Positions 63,066-64,000 of a stretch of 64,000 nucleotides of DNA are shown here, piece by piece. The notes beneath the pieces were generated by a model that ran no database searches, had not been told where the DNA came from, and was given only the letters and a program-made list of their open reading frames with translations. The number at the start of each line of letters is the position of its first letter. Positions within the stretch are counted from its first letter, which is position 1. A program made the position numbers and the translations under genes. Source of the stretch: an uncultured Pseudomonadales bacterium (lineage in GTDB: Bacteria > Patescibacteriota > Microgenomatia > UBA1400 > PJMF01); assembly GCA_964433225.1 (NCBI GenBank), contig CAYSQA010000001.1:55598-119597 (forward strand). Reading direction: 5' to 3'.

Positions 63066-64000
63066 TGAAACTATCTCAAAAAAAGATTTTTCTTTACCTA
63101 ATAGTTGCTTTAGAAATCATTGGTGGTATCGCTGGGTTATATTTTTTCTATAAACATCAAATCAGTAAAAAACCTCAACATATCACTCTGATTGAAAAAG
63201 AAAGTCTAACTTTCCCTAAAAAAGAAAATTTTGTTTACTTTTATGAATTAGAAAAAGACATAAAACATACCGTTCAACCAAGTTGGCTGAGTTATTCAGT
63301 TACCTACAATCACAATAAAGATGGCCTAAATGATAGATTTGACTACTCAATTAACCAAGAAAACAACATTTTTCGCATTATCACTTTGGGTGATTCATTC
63401 ACCTACGGACAATATGTTCCTACAGAAAAAAACTGGACCGAATTATTGGAAGATGAACTCAATGAGAGATTAAGTAATTCAGAAATTAAATTCGAAGTAA
63501 TTAATCTGGGAATGCCTGGCTATGATATTCCTTATATTGTTGAAAGATATAAAACCCATGGTAATAAATATCAACCAGATTTAGTTATTTGGTTTGAGTC
63601 TGGCTCTGGTTTTATTAGAAATACAGAAGAAACAAAATTTTTTATTGATGATTGTGAGAAAAAAAATGGAAAAGATAGTGAAGTGATAATGAAAAAAACT
63701 GAGTTGCAGTGTTGGGAAAAAGCTCAAAAAAAATTAATGGAAAAATATGGTAGTGAAGAAAAACTAAATGAATTTTTCAATCTTTATTTAGATGATTTTT
63801 TTGAGTTTTTCCCTGATAAAACAAAAATCATTTTTTTTACATTTCAACAACCAACTCATTATGAAAGCACTATCCACAGATTGATAAAATTCAGAAGAAC
63901 AAACTATCCAGAAGTTTTAATTAAGGACATTGTTCCTGACATAAATGAACTTAAACAAACACTCCCAGATAGTCATCCCAATGAAGAAGGTCACCAAACA
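63065..64000 (+). CDS. SGNH/GDSL-family hydrolase with N-terminal TM anchor, 3'-truncated by window end
   Basis: GTG start overlapping the carbamoyltransferase stop. ITLGDSFTYG (block I), NLGMPGYD (block II), DSHPNEEGH (block V). Not in the ORF track because no stop codon lies within the window. Confidence 0.6.
   Translation, partial: MKLSQKKIFLYLIVALEIIGGIAGLYFFYKHQISKKPQHITLIEKESLTFPKKENFVYFYELEKDIKHTVQPSWLSYSVTYNHNKDGLNDRFDYSINQENNIFRIITLGDSFTYGQYVPTEKNWTELLEDELNERLSNSEIKFEVINLGMPGYDIPYIVERYKTHGNKYQPDLVIWFESGSGFIRNTEETKFFIDDCEKKNGKDSEVIMKKTELQCWEKAQKKLMEKYGSEEKLNEFFNLYLDDFFEFFPDKTKIIFFTFQQPTHYESTIHRLIKFRRTNYPEVLIKDIVPDINELKQTLPDSHPNEEGHQT

Overview
This 64-kb window reads like a low-GC (roughly 35-40% by eye), gene-dense bacterial chromosome with short intergenic spacers, frequent 3-25 nt gene overlaps and several apparently leaderless genes. 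That style fits a small-genome Gram-positive-like or CPR/Patescibacteria-type organism, but this is inference and not a taxonomic call. Most of the window is core housekeeping, in order along the window:

- rpsF-ssb-rpsR and ychF.
- cysS, hpf, recR.
- A tight cluster of dTMP-metabolism genes: tmk, a Maf-like fusion, dut, a DHFR-like gene, a CofE-like ligase, a small nucleotidyltransferase, a dCMP-deaminase fusion, a HIT-like gene and thyA.
- nadE and nadD, topA, dprA.
- A cell-wall operon (MreB-like, mreC, mreD, PBP2).
- def-fmt, rpmB, tRNA-Trp and rpmG.
- Three minus-strand tRNAs: Thr(TGT), Tyr and Thr(GGT).
- galU and secE-nusG-rplK-rplA.

The strongest candidate for something new is an AT-rich five-gene minus-strand operon at 55.5-58.8 kb, directly after the rplA terminator. 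It encodes a small nucleotidyltransferase, a purine-nucleoside-phosphorylase-family enzyme, an adenine-PRTase-like enzyme, a YfbR-like HD 5'-nucleotidase and an orphan QueC-family PP-loop ATPase. A DMT transporter is transcribed divergently from it. This composition does not match any system I know of; possible roles are 7-deazapurine/queuine salvage or modification, or a nucleotide-targeting module.

Other points worth a second look:

- An MreB homologue with degenerate ATP-binding motifs in the mreCD-PBP2 operon.
- A long glmS 5' UTR with ribozyme-like motifs.
- A ~160-nt structured element with a 29-bp closing helix beside the tRNA cluster.
- Partial copies of tRNA 3' ends about 130-150 nt downstream of two tRNAs.
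- A GC-rich segment at the 5' edge of the window.
- Two NUDIX-containing operon genes, one fused to an SGNH hydrolase.
- An OmpR-type regulator lacking the phospho-acceptor Asp.

No CRISPR array, integrase, transposase or rRNA was seen. All calls come from reading the six-frame translations and the sequence by eye. No database searches were run.
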